A stretch of DNA of 24,000 bases from Rhodococcus sp. Leaf278 (GCF_001426085.1 NZ_LMRR01000017.1:4695-28694); one strand, 5' to 3'. Shown: positions 6,309 through 15,464, counted from the first letter of the stretch. Made by a program: numbers and translations. The notes: generated from the sequence alone by a model not told the origin.

Positions 6309-9002
6309 ATGACCGACGCCCCGGCACGGCCCACCGACTCGCTCGCCGAATCGACAGCAACCCTCGAAGCGCTTCTGCGCGACGGCTATGGATTGACTGT
6401 GACGTCCATGAAATTTCTGGGTGGCGAGCTGGATCGCAACTACCGGGTCCGAACTCCGGATGCGACGTACCTCGCCAAATTTCAGCTGCGAGCAGCTGAC
6501 CGAGCCGAGCTGCAGTGGCAGGAAGATATCTTGCTGCACCTCGCGGAGCAGGATCTGCACGTACCTGTTCCAACCGTCGTGCGCACTGTGTCCGGTGCCC
6601 CGAACCTCGCGGTCGACTCCGGTCCCGAGCTCGGAACGCTTCGCGTATTCGAGTGGGTGCACGGCACCGAGCTGGCCAAAGTTGCCGAGCACACCGATGT
6701 GCTGCTCACCGAGCTCGGCTCCACCGCCGCTCACATCACTGCGGCCTTGGACGGCTTCACTGCCTCCGACCTCCTCCCGACGCACCACTGGGACGTGACG
6801 AATTCTCGGTCCGCAATCGAGTCCTGCATCGCTGATGATCCCGGCCTGGCCGACCTGGAGTACGTGCGCACCGTCCTTGCGTGGTTCGACTCGGTCGAGC
6901 CGCGTCTGCCGAGTTTGCCGACCGCAGTGGTCCACCACGACCTGAACGACAACAACGTTTTGGTCAGCGTCGATGGGGACGACCAACACGTGTCCGGAGT
7001 GCTCGATTTCAACGATGCTTTACGCAGTGCCCGAGTTGCCGAACTCGCTGTAGCGGGGGCTTACGCAATGCTGCGTAAGTCCGATCCGCTCGGTGCTCTC
7101 GGCCTCGTGGTTGCGGGATACAACGACGTCTCGTCCCTGACGGACGACGAGATCGACGTCGTATTTCCACTCTCCGCTGCACGACTGTGTGTGCAGGTCC
7201 TGACCTGGACGAGCCGTGGTCGTGTCGACCCCACCGCGTACGGACGCATGCGAATGCAGTACACCCTGCCCACTCTTCTTGCAGTCGCGCGCCTGGACCC
7301 CACGGTGGCGTCGGCGCATCTGCGCTCGGTGTGCGGTCGAGTCGCGTCGACGGCGACCGACGCCGCCCGATATTTCGTTGCGAACGCAACGGCTGTGACG
7401 ATTCTGGGTGAGTCCCGGACGTCTTCAACGGGCGAGAACGCCGATATTCCTGTTCGACCCGCTGTGGGCGAACCCGCTACTTACTCACCGCACTTGGCGG
7501 TGCATCAGCACCGGTCGGATATCTGGCGACCGGACATCGGAGAGCCCGAGACCGTGTCACTCGGCTCCACGTTCTGGCTGGCCGACAGCACCGTGCTGTG
7601 CACTCCTCTCGAGGGCCGCGTTGTCGAGATCGAGCCCGTTGTCATCGAACACGGCGGTGTCGGTGGTGCACCGTTGGCGTATTCGGTGTGGTCCGGTGTG
7701 CGGCCGCTGGTAGGTGTCGGTGAAAGTCTGGCGGCGGGCGAGCCTCTTGGGGAGACAATCGACCTGCACTCCTCGGGGGCTCCCACCCTGCGTGTGCAGA
7801 TCGTCGCCACACACGATCTCGCCCTGCGGATGCCGTCATACGTGTCGGCAACGGATGCGGCGTACTGGGCGCACGTGTGCATCGACCCCGCACCGTGGTT
7901 CGACAGGACTCGGTCCGAGAACTCCGACGAGGGCTCCGACGTCTCCGCTTTCGTGCGGGGTCAAGGTGTCTGGTTGCACGACAACCGCGGTGTGCGTTAT
8001 CTGGACGCACGATCGGAGGGGGGCGTCCACGTAGCGCACGGCGACCGGCGCATCGTCGCTGCGGCCAATCGGCAGATGCTCTCTCTCGACGTAGCGAGCG
8101 ATGTCACGGTGGCGAGTCGACTTCTGACCCGGCGAATCCTGTCCACGATGCCCGAAAGCTTGGACACCGTGCTGTTCACCGACACTGCTGACGAAGCACT
8201 GGGCCTGGCCGAACGGTTGGCGAGTCGAGTTACGGGGCGCGCCTCGACTACACGACCGAACGAACACCCGACGGCCGAATTCGACCGGTCGGCTCTGCCG
8301 GCCGCAGTGATCCTGGAAGCCGTCGTAGCCGACGGCGTGCATCCGACGTCGCACGAATTCTGTGTATCCGCCTGTGCCGGTGCGAACGCCGCAGGCAGTG
8401 TGGTGATCGTCGACGAGACCACGAGCGGCCCGGGTCGAAGCGGAACTCACCTGTGGCAGTTCGACGCGTTGGGCATCGTTCCCGACATCGTCGTGCTCGG
8501 CCGCAGGTTGGCGAACGGACACCCGATTGCCGCCGTGGTGACCAACTCGGAGATCGCGCACAACAGTGGGGTCGACGTCGCCCGCTACAACGCCAACCCA
8601 GTCCCCGCTGCCATCGCCGCAACGACACTCGACATCATCGAGGCAGACGGCCTGATGCAACGCGCACATGCGGTCGGAGCTTATCTACGGACCGAGTTGA
8701 CGGCTCTCGCATCGGATGTCTCAGCGGTGTCCGACGTGCGTGGTTGGGGCTTGATGGCCGGAATGGAGTTGAGCGGTGGGTCGATGACGAGCGTCGCTGC
8801 CGCGAGGTACGCCCGCGCAGTGCGCCGCCGCTTGGCGCGACACAGTGTGTTGATCGGACAGTCGGGCAAGGGGGACAACGTTCTCACCGTCGACCCACCG
8901 ATGACGTTCTCGCACTCCGACGTCGATCTTCTCGTCACTCGCCTCGCCGACGTCTTCACCATGGCGGACATCCGTCCCGCCGACACCGACAGCTCATCGT
9001 AG
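6309..9002 (+). CDS. Three-module fusion protein: APH-fold (hydroxylysine-kinase/homoserine-kinase-II-like) kinase, degenerate M23/LytM-like domain, and class-III aminotransferase-like domain lacking the PLP lysine
   Basis: Kinase module (~6309-7330): Brenner motif HHDLNDNN (6933-6956) and DFND (7005-7016) are both intact. Middle module (~7520-7850): the G..V..G..LG pattern resembles an M23 barrel but has no HxxxD or HxH motifs. C-terminal module (~7949-8999): it aligns colinearly with the aminotransferase at 16485-17807. Shared blocks include VRGxGVxLxD, PDxVVLG, NP, DVRGxGL and NVL..PPMTF. Confidence 0.85.
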   Translation: MTDAPARPTDSLAESTATLEALLRDGYGLTVTSMKFLGGELDRNYRVRTPDATYLAKFQLRAADRAELQWQEDILLHLAEQDLHVPVPTVVRTVSGAPNLAVDSGPELGTLRVFEWVHGTELAKVAEHTDVLLTELGSTAAHITAALDGFTASDLLPTHHWDVTNSRSAIESCIADDPGLADLEYVRTVLAWFDSVEPRLPSLPTAVVHHDLNDNNVLVSVDGDDQHVSGVLDFNDALRSARVAELAVAGAYAMLRKSDPLGALGLVVAGYNDVSSLTDDEIDVVFPLSAARLCVQVLTWTSRGRVDPTAYGRMRMQYTLPTLLAVARLDPTVASAHLRSVCGRVASTATDAARYFVANATAVTILGESRTSSTGENADIPVRPAVGEPATYSPHLAVHQHRSDIWRPDIGEPETVSLGSTFWLADSTVLCTPLEGRVVEIEPVVIEHGGVGGAPLAYSVWSGVRPLVGVGESLAAGEPLGETIDLHSSGAPTLRVQIVATHDLALRMPSYVSATDAAYWAHVCIDPAPWFDRTRSENSDEGSDVSAFVRGQGVWLHDNRGVRYLDARSEGGVHVAHGDRRIVAAANRQMLSLDVASDVTVASRLLTRRILSTMPESLDTVLFTDTADEALGLAERLASRVTGRASTTRPNEHPTAEFDRSALPAAVILEAVVADGVHPTSHEFCVSACAGANAAGSVVIVDETTSGPGRSGTHLWQFDALGIVPDIVVLGRRLANGHPIAAVVTNSEIAHNSGVDVARYNANPVPAAIAATTLDIIEADGLMQRAHAVGAYLRTELTALASDVSAVSDVRGWGLMAGMELSGGSMTSVAAARYARAVRRRLARHSVLIGQSGKGDNVLTVDPPMTFSHSDVDLLVTRLADVFTMADIRPADTDSSS

Positions 9003-9011
9003 GGACAGGAC

Positions 9012-10481
9012 ATGACACACATACATATCGACAACATCAGCAAGCGGTTCGGTGCAACCGCAGCCTTGTCCGAGGTGTCCTTGGCCGTCGATGCCGGTGA
9101 GGTGCACGGACTTCTGGGTGAGAACGGAGCGGGGAAGTCGACTCTGATGAAAGTGCTGTCGGGCATCGTCGTGCCCGACAGTGGGTCCGTCACCATCGCA
9201 GGCAAGCCCCTGACTCTGGGTTCACCGCAGGCATCGCGAAACATCGGCCTGGCGATGGCCTACCAAGAGCTCAGCTCACCCGCCAACATCACGGTCGCAA
9301 CCAAGTTGTGTCTGCCGTCTTTGCCGACTCGATTCGGTTTCACGGTGTCGCAGCGCGAACTCGTCGCCAGAGCGGTTGATCGCCTGCAGCAGTGGGAGGC
9401 AGGACATCTCGATCCCACTGCGACCATGGGCGAGCTGAGCCTGGCCGCTCGACAGGAGGTCGAGATAGTTGCTGCCCTGTCCGGTGCGCCGCGACTGCTT
9501 GTTCTGGACGAGCCGACCGCAGCTCTCCCCGACCCGTCTTGGCTCTTTCGTCAGCTCGAAAGCATCACTGCCACAGGAACTTCGGTGATCTACATCAGTC
9601 ACAAACTGAACGAGATCGGGACCATCTGCTCGCGGGGAACAGTCCTTCGTAGCGGACGAGCAGTGGGGCAGTTCGGCCGGAACGAACTGTCCGAGAACGA
9701 ATTGGTCGAGCTCATGATCGGACGGTCGTTCGACCACGCTTTTCCGGCCAAGGGCACGGCCGAGGTTGCGCAACCAGTACTCGAAGTCCGAAACCTCACG
9801 GTCGGCAGCCTCACTGACGTATCCCTGCAGGTCGCTGCCGGCGAGGTTGTCGGTGTCGCCGGACTCGAAGGCCAAGGTCAACGCGATCTCTTCTACACGC
9901 TGGCCGGCGAACTGTCCCCCGAATCCGGTTCGGTGACGGTCTCCGACTCGAACGGGGGCGTGGATTTCGCGCTGGTGCCCGAGGAGCGCAAGACGGAAGC
10001 ACTGTTCCTGGAGATGCGGTCGGATTTCAACCTGACTCTGCCTTTGTCGGGCAGCTTCGCCACTGCTTCGGTCATCTCCACCAGACGCCGACGCGACGTC
10101 GCCCGCTCGTTGGCTGCACAGATCAACCTCCCCGAGGCGATGCTGGAACGCACCGTATCGAATCTGTCGGGCGGCAACCAACAGAAGATCGTGTTCGGAC
10201 GCGCGCTCGCACAATCGCCACGCTGTCTTCTTCTCTTCGACCCGACCCGCGGTGTCGATGCCGCCACGAAATTGGAGATCTACAGGATGACACGTGATTT
10301 CGCGGCTGCCGGGCATGCCGTACTGGTCTACTCCACAGAGATACCCGAGCTGGTCGGACTGTGTGATCGTGTGTGTTCGCTCTACGACGGCCGAATTGTC
10401 GCCGAACACTCCGCAGGCGACCTCGACGATGCATCGGTGTTGCGCGCAATTCTGGGCCGCACCCCGGAGCTGGCACGATGA
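9012..10481 (+). CDS. ABC transporter ATP-binding protein, tandem-NBD CUT2 (RbsA/MglA-like) type
   Basis: NBD1 has Walker A GENGAGKST, a CUT2-style signature LSLAARQEVEI and Walker B LLVLDEPTA. NBD2 has LSGGNQQK and LLLFDPTRGVD. The length is 489 aa. Confidence 0.9.
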   Translation: MTHIHIDNISKRFGATAALSEVSLAVDAGEVHGLLGENGAGKSTLMKVLSGIVVPDSGSVTIAGKPLTLGSPQASRNIGLAMAYQELSSPANITVATKLCLPSLPTRFGFTVSQRELVARAVDRLQQWEAGHLDPTATMGELSLAARQEVEIVAALSGAPRLLVLDEPTAALPDPSWLFRQLESITATGTSVIYISHKLNEIGTICSRGTVLRSGRAVGQFGRNELSENELVELMIGRSFDHAFPAKGTAEVAQPVLEVRNLTVGSLTDVSLQVAAGEVVGVAGLEGQGQRDLFYTLAGELSPESGSVTVSDSNGGVDFALVPEERKTEALFLEMRSDFNLTLPLSGSFATASVISTRRRRDVARSLAAQINLPEAMLERTVSNLSGGNQQKIVFGRALAQSPRCLLLFDPTRGVDAATKLEIYRMTRDFAAAGHAVLVYSTEIPELVGLCDRVCSLYDGRIVAEHSAGDLDDASVLRAILGRTPELAR

Positions 10482-11479
10482 CTCTCCTGAATTCACTGAC
10501 AAGGCGAAGCTACGGCAGCCGCAAGGAAACTCTCGTCGCACTGGCCATCTTCGCAGCGTGCTACGGAGCGGTGCTGTTCGTGAATCCGTACGAGCGAAAT
10601 GCCTACGCCTTCAACAACTACGTCGTGCTATTGACCCCGTTGGCGCTTGCCGCCGCAGGAACCACCCTTGTGCTGTTGGTAGGCGGATTCGATCTGTCGG
10701 TGGCCGGAACGGTGAGCTTGTCCAACGTCGTCGCGGCGACCACCATGGCCACGAATCCGGATCTGTTGTGGCTCGTCATCATCGGGGTCGTCGTTCTCGG
10801 CCTGGCGGTAGGCCTGATCAACGGACTCTTGATCGTCCGCCTGGGACTGCAGTCGTTGGCGGTGACACTCGGAGCGTTCATCGTGCTGACCGGAATCGCC
10901 CTCATCGTGCTACCGGCACCAGGCGGTGAGGTCCCCGAGTCGTACGCTCTGGCCTTGACCGATCCGCTCGGGCCCGTGCCGGTTGCGCTGATCGCCCTCG
11001 TGTTGCTGGCCGCCGGCTGGTGGTGGTTCAGCACTTCAACGGCAGGCATATCGGCGTTTGCCATCGGGGCAGATCGTCAGGCTGCGCGCATGTCGGGGAT
11101 CCGCGTCGACGCGGTCGAGATTCTGAGTTACACCCTTGCCGGAGGGTTGTATTCGGCTGCCGGCTTGTATCTGACTGCCATCACTGCCTCGGGGGACCCG
11201 AATTCCGGTCGCCCGTTCCTGCTGACGTGCTTTGCCGCAATGGCGCTCGGCCTCGTCGGTTTTCGCGGCGGGTCGGGAAGCGTTGTTGCCGCGGTGTTCG
11301 GTGCGGCGAGCCTCATCGCGCTCCCGAAGTTACTGTTCGCTGCGGGCGTCGAAGACTTCTGGTCCGGTGCCGTGCAGGGCGCCGTCATTCTCATCGCTCT
11401 TGCTCTCCCACTGGCCGCAACGTATTACACCAACGTGCGCACGGCGCGAACGCGTCTCGCGGAAGGGACTATTCGATGA
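10478..11479 (+). CDS. ABC transporter permease (RbsC/BPD_transp_2-like)
   Basis: The protein is polytopic and hydrophobic, with FDLSVAG and GIRVD motifs typical of CUT2 permeases. ATG 10478 overlaps the upstream stop (ATGA). The ORF-track start at 10373 is an out-of-context extension. Confidence 0.85.
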   Translation: MTLLNSLTRRSYGSRKETLVALAIFAACYGAVLFVNPYERNAYAFNNYVVLLTPLALAAAGTTLVLLVGGFDLSVAGTVSLSNVVAATTMATNPDLLWLVIIGVVVLGLAVGLINGLLIVRLGLQSLAVTLGAFIVLTGIALIVLPAPGGEVPESYALALTDPLGPVPVALIALVLLAAGWWWFSTSTAGISAFAIGADRQAARMSGIRVDAVEILSYTLAGGLYSAAGLYLTAITASGDPNSGRPFLLTCFAAMALGLVGFRGGSGSVVAAVFGAASLIALPKLLFAAGVEDFWSGAVQGAVILIALALPLAATYYTNVRTARTRLAEGTIR

Positions 11480-12483
11480 GTGCGAGTCCGACTCTTGTTC
11501 CCGATCAAGCATCGAGCAGGGTGAGTTCGCCGGGCCGGGCCGGTGTGCCGCAGTGGATGCGAAGTCAGACCTTCGTGATCTGGGCGCTGCTGATCGTGTG
11601 TTTCCCGTTGTCGCGGTTGGTGAGTGACAGTTTCCCGTCCGTCAATCTCGTCGTCAACGTGTTGGTGCTCGGCTTGTTCCTTGCGGTGATCGCCTTCGGC
11701 CAGGGTTTGGTGATCTTGTCCGGTGGCATCGATCTGTCCGTGGCTTCACAGGTTGCCCTCGGTGCCTTCGTCACGGGGTCGCTGTGTGACAACGGAGTGC
11801 CGGTGCTGGGCGCGGCTCTCGCGGCCCTCGCCCTGTGTGGAGTGGTCGGTGCCGCCAATGGTCTTCTCGTCACCCGGCTCGGGTTTCCCCCGTTCATCGT
11901 GACGCTGGCTGTCGGGACCGTGCTCGCGTCCGTGCTGCTCGGAATGGCGCGTGGTGCCCCGGCGCAATCGTCCCCGGCCGGTTTGAGCGAGCTGTTCGCT
12001 CGATCGACGACGTTGTTGGGAATTCCGGTCGCGATCTGGCTCTTCGTCGTGATTGCCGCGGTCGGTCTCGTGGTGCAACACCGCACGACCCTCGGCATGC
12101 GTACCTACGCACTGGGGAACAGTGTTGCCGCATCGAAGAACGCACGTGTGCGTGTCCACCGCGCGACCGTCTCGGTCTACAGCGTGTCCGGTGTGGCCTA
12201 CGGCTTGGGCGGCGTGATGCTACTGGGGTACTCGTCAGGAGCGGATCTCAACGTCGGTGAGCCGTGGTTGCTGCCGAGTATCGCGGCCGTGGTGGTGGGT
12301 GGATCCTCCATCCGAGGAGGTGCCGGTTCGTTCAGCGGCACGCTGGCAGGAGCATTGCTGCTCACACTGATCGGCATCGACATCAGCGCCACCGGACTTG
12401 CCGAGGGGTACAAGCAGATCGTGTACGGACTGGTGATCGTCCTCGCGTTGCTCGGAGCGAGACTCGCCGGGCGGCGTCAATGA
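11476..12483 (+). CDS. ABC transporter permease, second subunit (RbsC-like)
   Basis: The protein is hydrophobic, with GGIDLSVAS and NARVRV motifs. ATG 11476 overlaps the upstream stop (ATGA). The ORF-track start at 11020 lies inside the previous gene. Confidence 0.85.
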   Translation: MSASPTLVPDQASSRVSSPGRAGVPQWMRSQTFVIWALLIVCFPLSRLVSDSFPSVNLVVNVLVLGLFLAVIAFGQGLVILSGGIDLSVASQVALGAFVTGSLCDNGVPVLGAALAALALCGVVGAANGLLVTRLGFPPFIVTLAVGTVLASVLLGMARGAPAQSSPAGLSELFARSTTLLGIPVAIWLFVVIAAVGLVVQHRTTLGMRTYALGNSVAASKNARVRVHRATVSVYSVSGVAYGLGGVMLLGYSSGADLNVGEPWLLPSIAAVVVGGSSIRGGAGSFSGTLAGALLLTLIGIDISATGLAEGYKQIVYGLVIVLALLGARLAGRRQ

Positions 12484-12523
12484 GTACCACTCGATTTCGG
12501 ACTCAACAGAACAGGCACTCACG

Positions 12524-13756
12524 ATGAGACGCATCCTCACGAGAAGACACCTCGCGGCGCTCGCCGCACTGGCCGCGATCGTTCCGTTCAGCGCGTGCTC
12601 GGCTCCGGAGACCGGTAAGGACAAAATTTATCTCGACTTGAGCTACAGCGGGAACAATTGGCAGGACGAAGCCGCCAATCTCGCGCTGTCCGTGGCTCGT
12701 TCCGCGCCGTATGCCGATCGATACAGCGTCACGAAGCAGATTTCGGGAACCGACATCCAGAAACAAATTTCGGATGTGCAGTCCATGATCGCTGCCGAGG
12801 CGAAGCTGGTGGTTCTGTACCCGCTGTCACCGACCGCTCTGAACCCGACCATTCGCCAAGGGTGTGAGCGCGGTGTCACCTTCGTCGTCTACGACTCCAC
12901 CGTGCGAGAGCCGTGCGCATACAACGTCGCGTTCATCACCGGCGCCCGCGCGGACAAGCCGCAGGACGCGTTCTTCGGAGCTCAGACTGCCCAAGCCCTC
13001 GTCGACCTACTCGGGGGCAAGGGAAGAATTTTCATGAATCGCGGCGTTGCCGGCACCTCGACCGATCAAGTCCACTACGACACCGCCAAGGCGGTGTTCG
13101 ATCGGTACCCCGACATCGACGTGGTGTCCGAGTATTACGGCAAATGGGACAGTGCGGTCAGTCAACAAGAAACTGCCAAAGCATTGGCGGCGCACCCCGA
13201 CGTCGACGGGGTGTGGTCGCAGGACGGCGAAGTAGGAGTTGTCAAAGCACTGCAGGCGGCGGGGTTGGAGATTCCCGTGACCGGCGAGAACGGCAACTAT
13301 TTCCGCAAAATGCTGAGCGAAGGGTGGCCGGGAGTGTCTTCCGGTTCACCACCGGCCCAGGCAGCGGTCGCGATGCAAGTGGGTCTTCGTATCCTCGAGA
13401 ACGGGCCCGACTCGGTACCGCACGACATCGAAATGCCGCTACCCTGGGTGACCACGGACACGGCTAAAGCCTGTCCAGGAAGCGAATTCGTCGACGGATG
13501 CAATTTCTTCCCGAACGAGTCCGACACGTTCGTCACCGAGATTTTCCAGCGGGAGCTGTTGCCGCAGAGCTCCCTCACAGCTGCGCTGACCGGGCAGCCG
13601 ATGGAGGGCCTCGAACCGCTCGGCGACATTTCGAAATTTGCGCAACCGGAGTCTCGTCGGATGTACACCCGAAAATCGTGTGATGACGGCTGGACGGTGG
13701 GAACCGTGACCGACGGCCAGAACCCGTCCGGTTTGACCGGCTGCGTTCGATCCTGA
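12524..13756 (+). CDS. ABC transporter substrate-binding lipoprotein, periplasmic-binding-protein type I (sugar-type) with a Cys-containing C-terminal extension
   Basis: The signal peptide has the lipobox AAIVPFSAC. The body resembles RbsB/Peripla_BP_4 (VVLYPLSP...VTFVVYDS...GVWSQDGEVGVVKALQAAG). About 94 extra residues follow from Cys317 (13472 onward). Confidence 0.85.
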   Translation: MRRILTRRHLAALAALAAIVPFSACSAPETGKDKIYLDLSYSGNNWQDEAANLALSVARSAPYADRYSVTKQISGTDIQKQISDVQSMIAAEAKLVVLYPLSPTALNPTIRQGCERGVTFVVYDSTVREPCAYNVAFITGARADKPQDAFFGAQTAQALVDLLGGKGRIFMNRGVAGTSTDQVHYDTAKAVFDRYPDIDVVSEYYGKWDSAVSQQETAKALAAHPDVDGVWSQDGEVGVVKALQAAGLEIPVTGENGNYFRKMLSEGWPGVSSGSPPAQAAVAMQVGLRILENGPDSVPHDIEMPLPWVTTDTAKACPGSEFVDGCNFFPNESDTFVTEIFQRELLPQSSLTAALTGQPMEGLEPLGDISKFAQPESRRMYTRKSCDDGWTVGTVTDGQNPSGLTGCVRS

Positions 13757-13791
13757 ACCGCTCCACCCGAACGTCCGTGAAAGGGCAGCAA

Positions 13792-14577
13792 ATGAACAAG
13801 CGAATCGACATCAATGCAGATATCGGTGAAAGCTTCGGACGCTGGAACCTCGGTTCCGACAGCGAACTGATGCAGCTGGTCACGTCGGTCAACGTGGCGT
13901 GCGGTTGGCACGCCGGTGACCCGTCCACGATGCGCGAGGCAGTGGAAAGCGGTGTCCGTGCAGGCGTGAACATCGGTGCCCATCCTGGGTTTCCGGATTT
14001 GCTGGGTTTCGGACGTCGCGCAATGGCGATCTCCGACAGTGACGCCGTCGACTACACGCTCTATCAGGTCGGTGCGCTGATGGGAGTCGCCTCGCGAGCC
14101 GGCGCGACACTGACCCATGTGAAACCGCACGGTGCGTTCTACGGGACAATCGCTCGCAGTGCGGATCGTGCTGTTGCGATCGCCACGGCACTTCAAACTC
14201 TCCAGCTCGGGCTACCGATGTTGATCGCTCCGGGCGTCGGGTTCGCTGCGATCCGCGCTGCCGGACTTCCCGCCGTTGCCGACAACGCGTGCGATCTCGA
14301 TTTCGACGAGGACGGCAACAACATCATCGAGCCCAGGCCGGGTGAACGGGACCCCGAAGTAGTTGCAGCGCAGGCTCTTCGCATGGCACACGGCACGGTG
14401 CTGACCGTTTCCGGTCGGGAGATCGACATGCCTGTGGACTCTGTGTGCGTACACGGGGATCGACCCAATGTCGTGGAGGTCGCGCGAGCCGTGAAGCGCG
14501 CACTCACCGGTGCCGGAGTCGAGGTCCGATCTGCGGTCGATCGGACCGGAACAGCAACCACACGAGGGGCCTCGTGA
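13792..14577 (+). CDS. pxpA: LamB/YcsF-family lactamase subunit (5-oxoprolinase subunit A-like)
   Basis: IDINADIGESFGRW...VNVACGWHAGDP...GAHPGFPD...HVKPHGA are the family hallmarks. ATG 13792 has AAGGG 7 nt upstream and is preferred to GTG 13777. Confidence 0.85.
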   Translation: MNKRIDINADIGESFGRWNLGSDSELMQLVTSVNVACGWHAGDPSTMREAVESGVRAGVNIGAHPGFPDLLGFGRRAMAISDSDAVDYTLYQVGALMGVASRAGATLTHVKPHGAFYGTIARSADRAVAIATALQTLQLGLPMLIAPGVGFAAIRAAGLPAVADNACDLDFDEDGNNIIEPRPGERDPEVVAAQALRMAHGTVLTVSGREIDMPVDSVCVHGDRPNVVEVARAVKRALTGAGVEVRSAVDRTGTATTRGAS

Positions 14578-15464
14578 TCCAACTGAACGACGGGTCTCGT
14601 CTCTCGTTCGGTGGTGAGGAGTTCGTCTTCGTCGAACTCACCGAACACATGTCGCTGTCGGGCGCACTCCGGATACAGGCCATCACCGACTCCCTGACGA
14701 CTGCCGCGATCGAAGGCGTGTTGGACATCTGCCCGTCGAACGCAAGTTACATGCTCCGCGTCGATCCCGACATTTGTGATCCACGATCGCTCGTCGATCC
14801 TCTGCGTGACCTACACCGACGCTTCGAGGACACCTCCGACGTGGTGCTCGAGACCGAGATCCTCGAAGTGCCGGTGCTGTACGACGACCCGTGGAGTACC
14901 GAAACAGTCATGCGATTCCGAGATCGACATCAGTCTCGAACAGAGACCGACCTCGAATACATCACGCGCATCAACGGTTTCGATACCACAGCCGATTTCG
15001 TGGTGGCTCACGCGCGCAATCCCTACATCGTGACGTTCATGTGCTTCGTCCCCGGGAACGCCGAGTCGATGCAACTGGTGAACCACGACATGCAGCTGCA
15101 GGCACCGAAGTACATCAGGCCACGCACCGACACACCCGAACGCGCCCTCGGGCACGGAGGTGCGTTCGCGACGATCTACCCGGCACGCGGAGCGGGCGGC
15201 TACCAACTGGTCGGCCGCGCAGCTACGCCGGTGTTCGACCTGTCGCAATCGCTCCCGGATTTCGCCGAGAACCCGGTTCTCGCCCGGGCCGGCATGCTGG
15301 TGAAATACCGCCCGATCGTCCGAGACGAGTACGACGACATCAGACAAGAAGTCGACGCCTGCTCGTATCGCTATCTACGGCGGCCGGTGTCGTTCTCGTT
15401 GGCCGAGTTCACCCAGGATCCGCTGCTGTACAACCGAACTCTGCTCCAGGAGCTGAACTCGTGA
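14574..15464 (+). CDS. pxpB: PxpB/KipI-like subunit (CT_C_D, allophanate hydrolase subunit 1 family)
   Basis: Motifs seen: EVPVLYDD..., FVPGNAE..., PRTDTPERALGHGGAFATIYPARGAGGYQLVGR. The GTG 14574 start overlaps the pxpA stop (GTGA). At 296 aa it is longer than typical PxpB. Confidence 0.8.
   Translation: MIQLNDGSRLSFGGEEFVFVELTEHMSLSGALRIQAITDSLTTAAIEGVLDICPSNASYMLRVDPDICDPRSLVDPLRDLHRRFEDTSDVVLETEILEVPVLYDDPWSTETVMRFRDRHQSRTETDLEYITRINGFDTTADFVVAHARNPYIVTFMCFVPGNAESMQLVNHDMQLQAPKYIRPRTDTPERALGHGGAFATIYPARGAGGYQLVGRAATPVFDLSQSLPDFAENPVLARAGMLVKYRPIVRDEYDDIRQEVDACSYRYLRRPVSFSLAEFTQDPLLYNRTLLQELNS

Noticed and set aside
6309-7330. APH domain as an aminoglycoside-resistance determinant
   Set aside because: The motifs and the fusion to an AGXT2L-like domain point to the metabolic hydroxylysine-kinase/homoserine-kinase-II-like subgroup. 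There is no resistance-gene context. The same applies to the APH at 19605-20729.
7520-7850. Active M23 peptidoglycan endopeptidase
   Set aside because: The zinc-binding HxxxD and HxH motifs are absent, and the protein has no signal peptide. I treat it as a degenerate, non-catalytic module.
9276-10541. 421-aa minus-strand ORF antisense to the ABC ATPase gene
   Set aside because: Shadow ORF, and the opposite strand encodes canonical Walker and signature motifs. The same reasoning rejects the antisense or off-frame ORFs at 7836-8669, 13297-14196, 15599-16213, 16441-17319, 16946-17797, 19945-20694 and 22419-23168.
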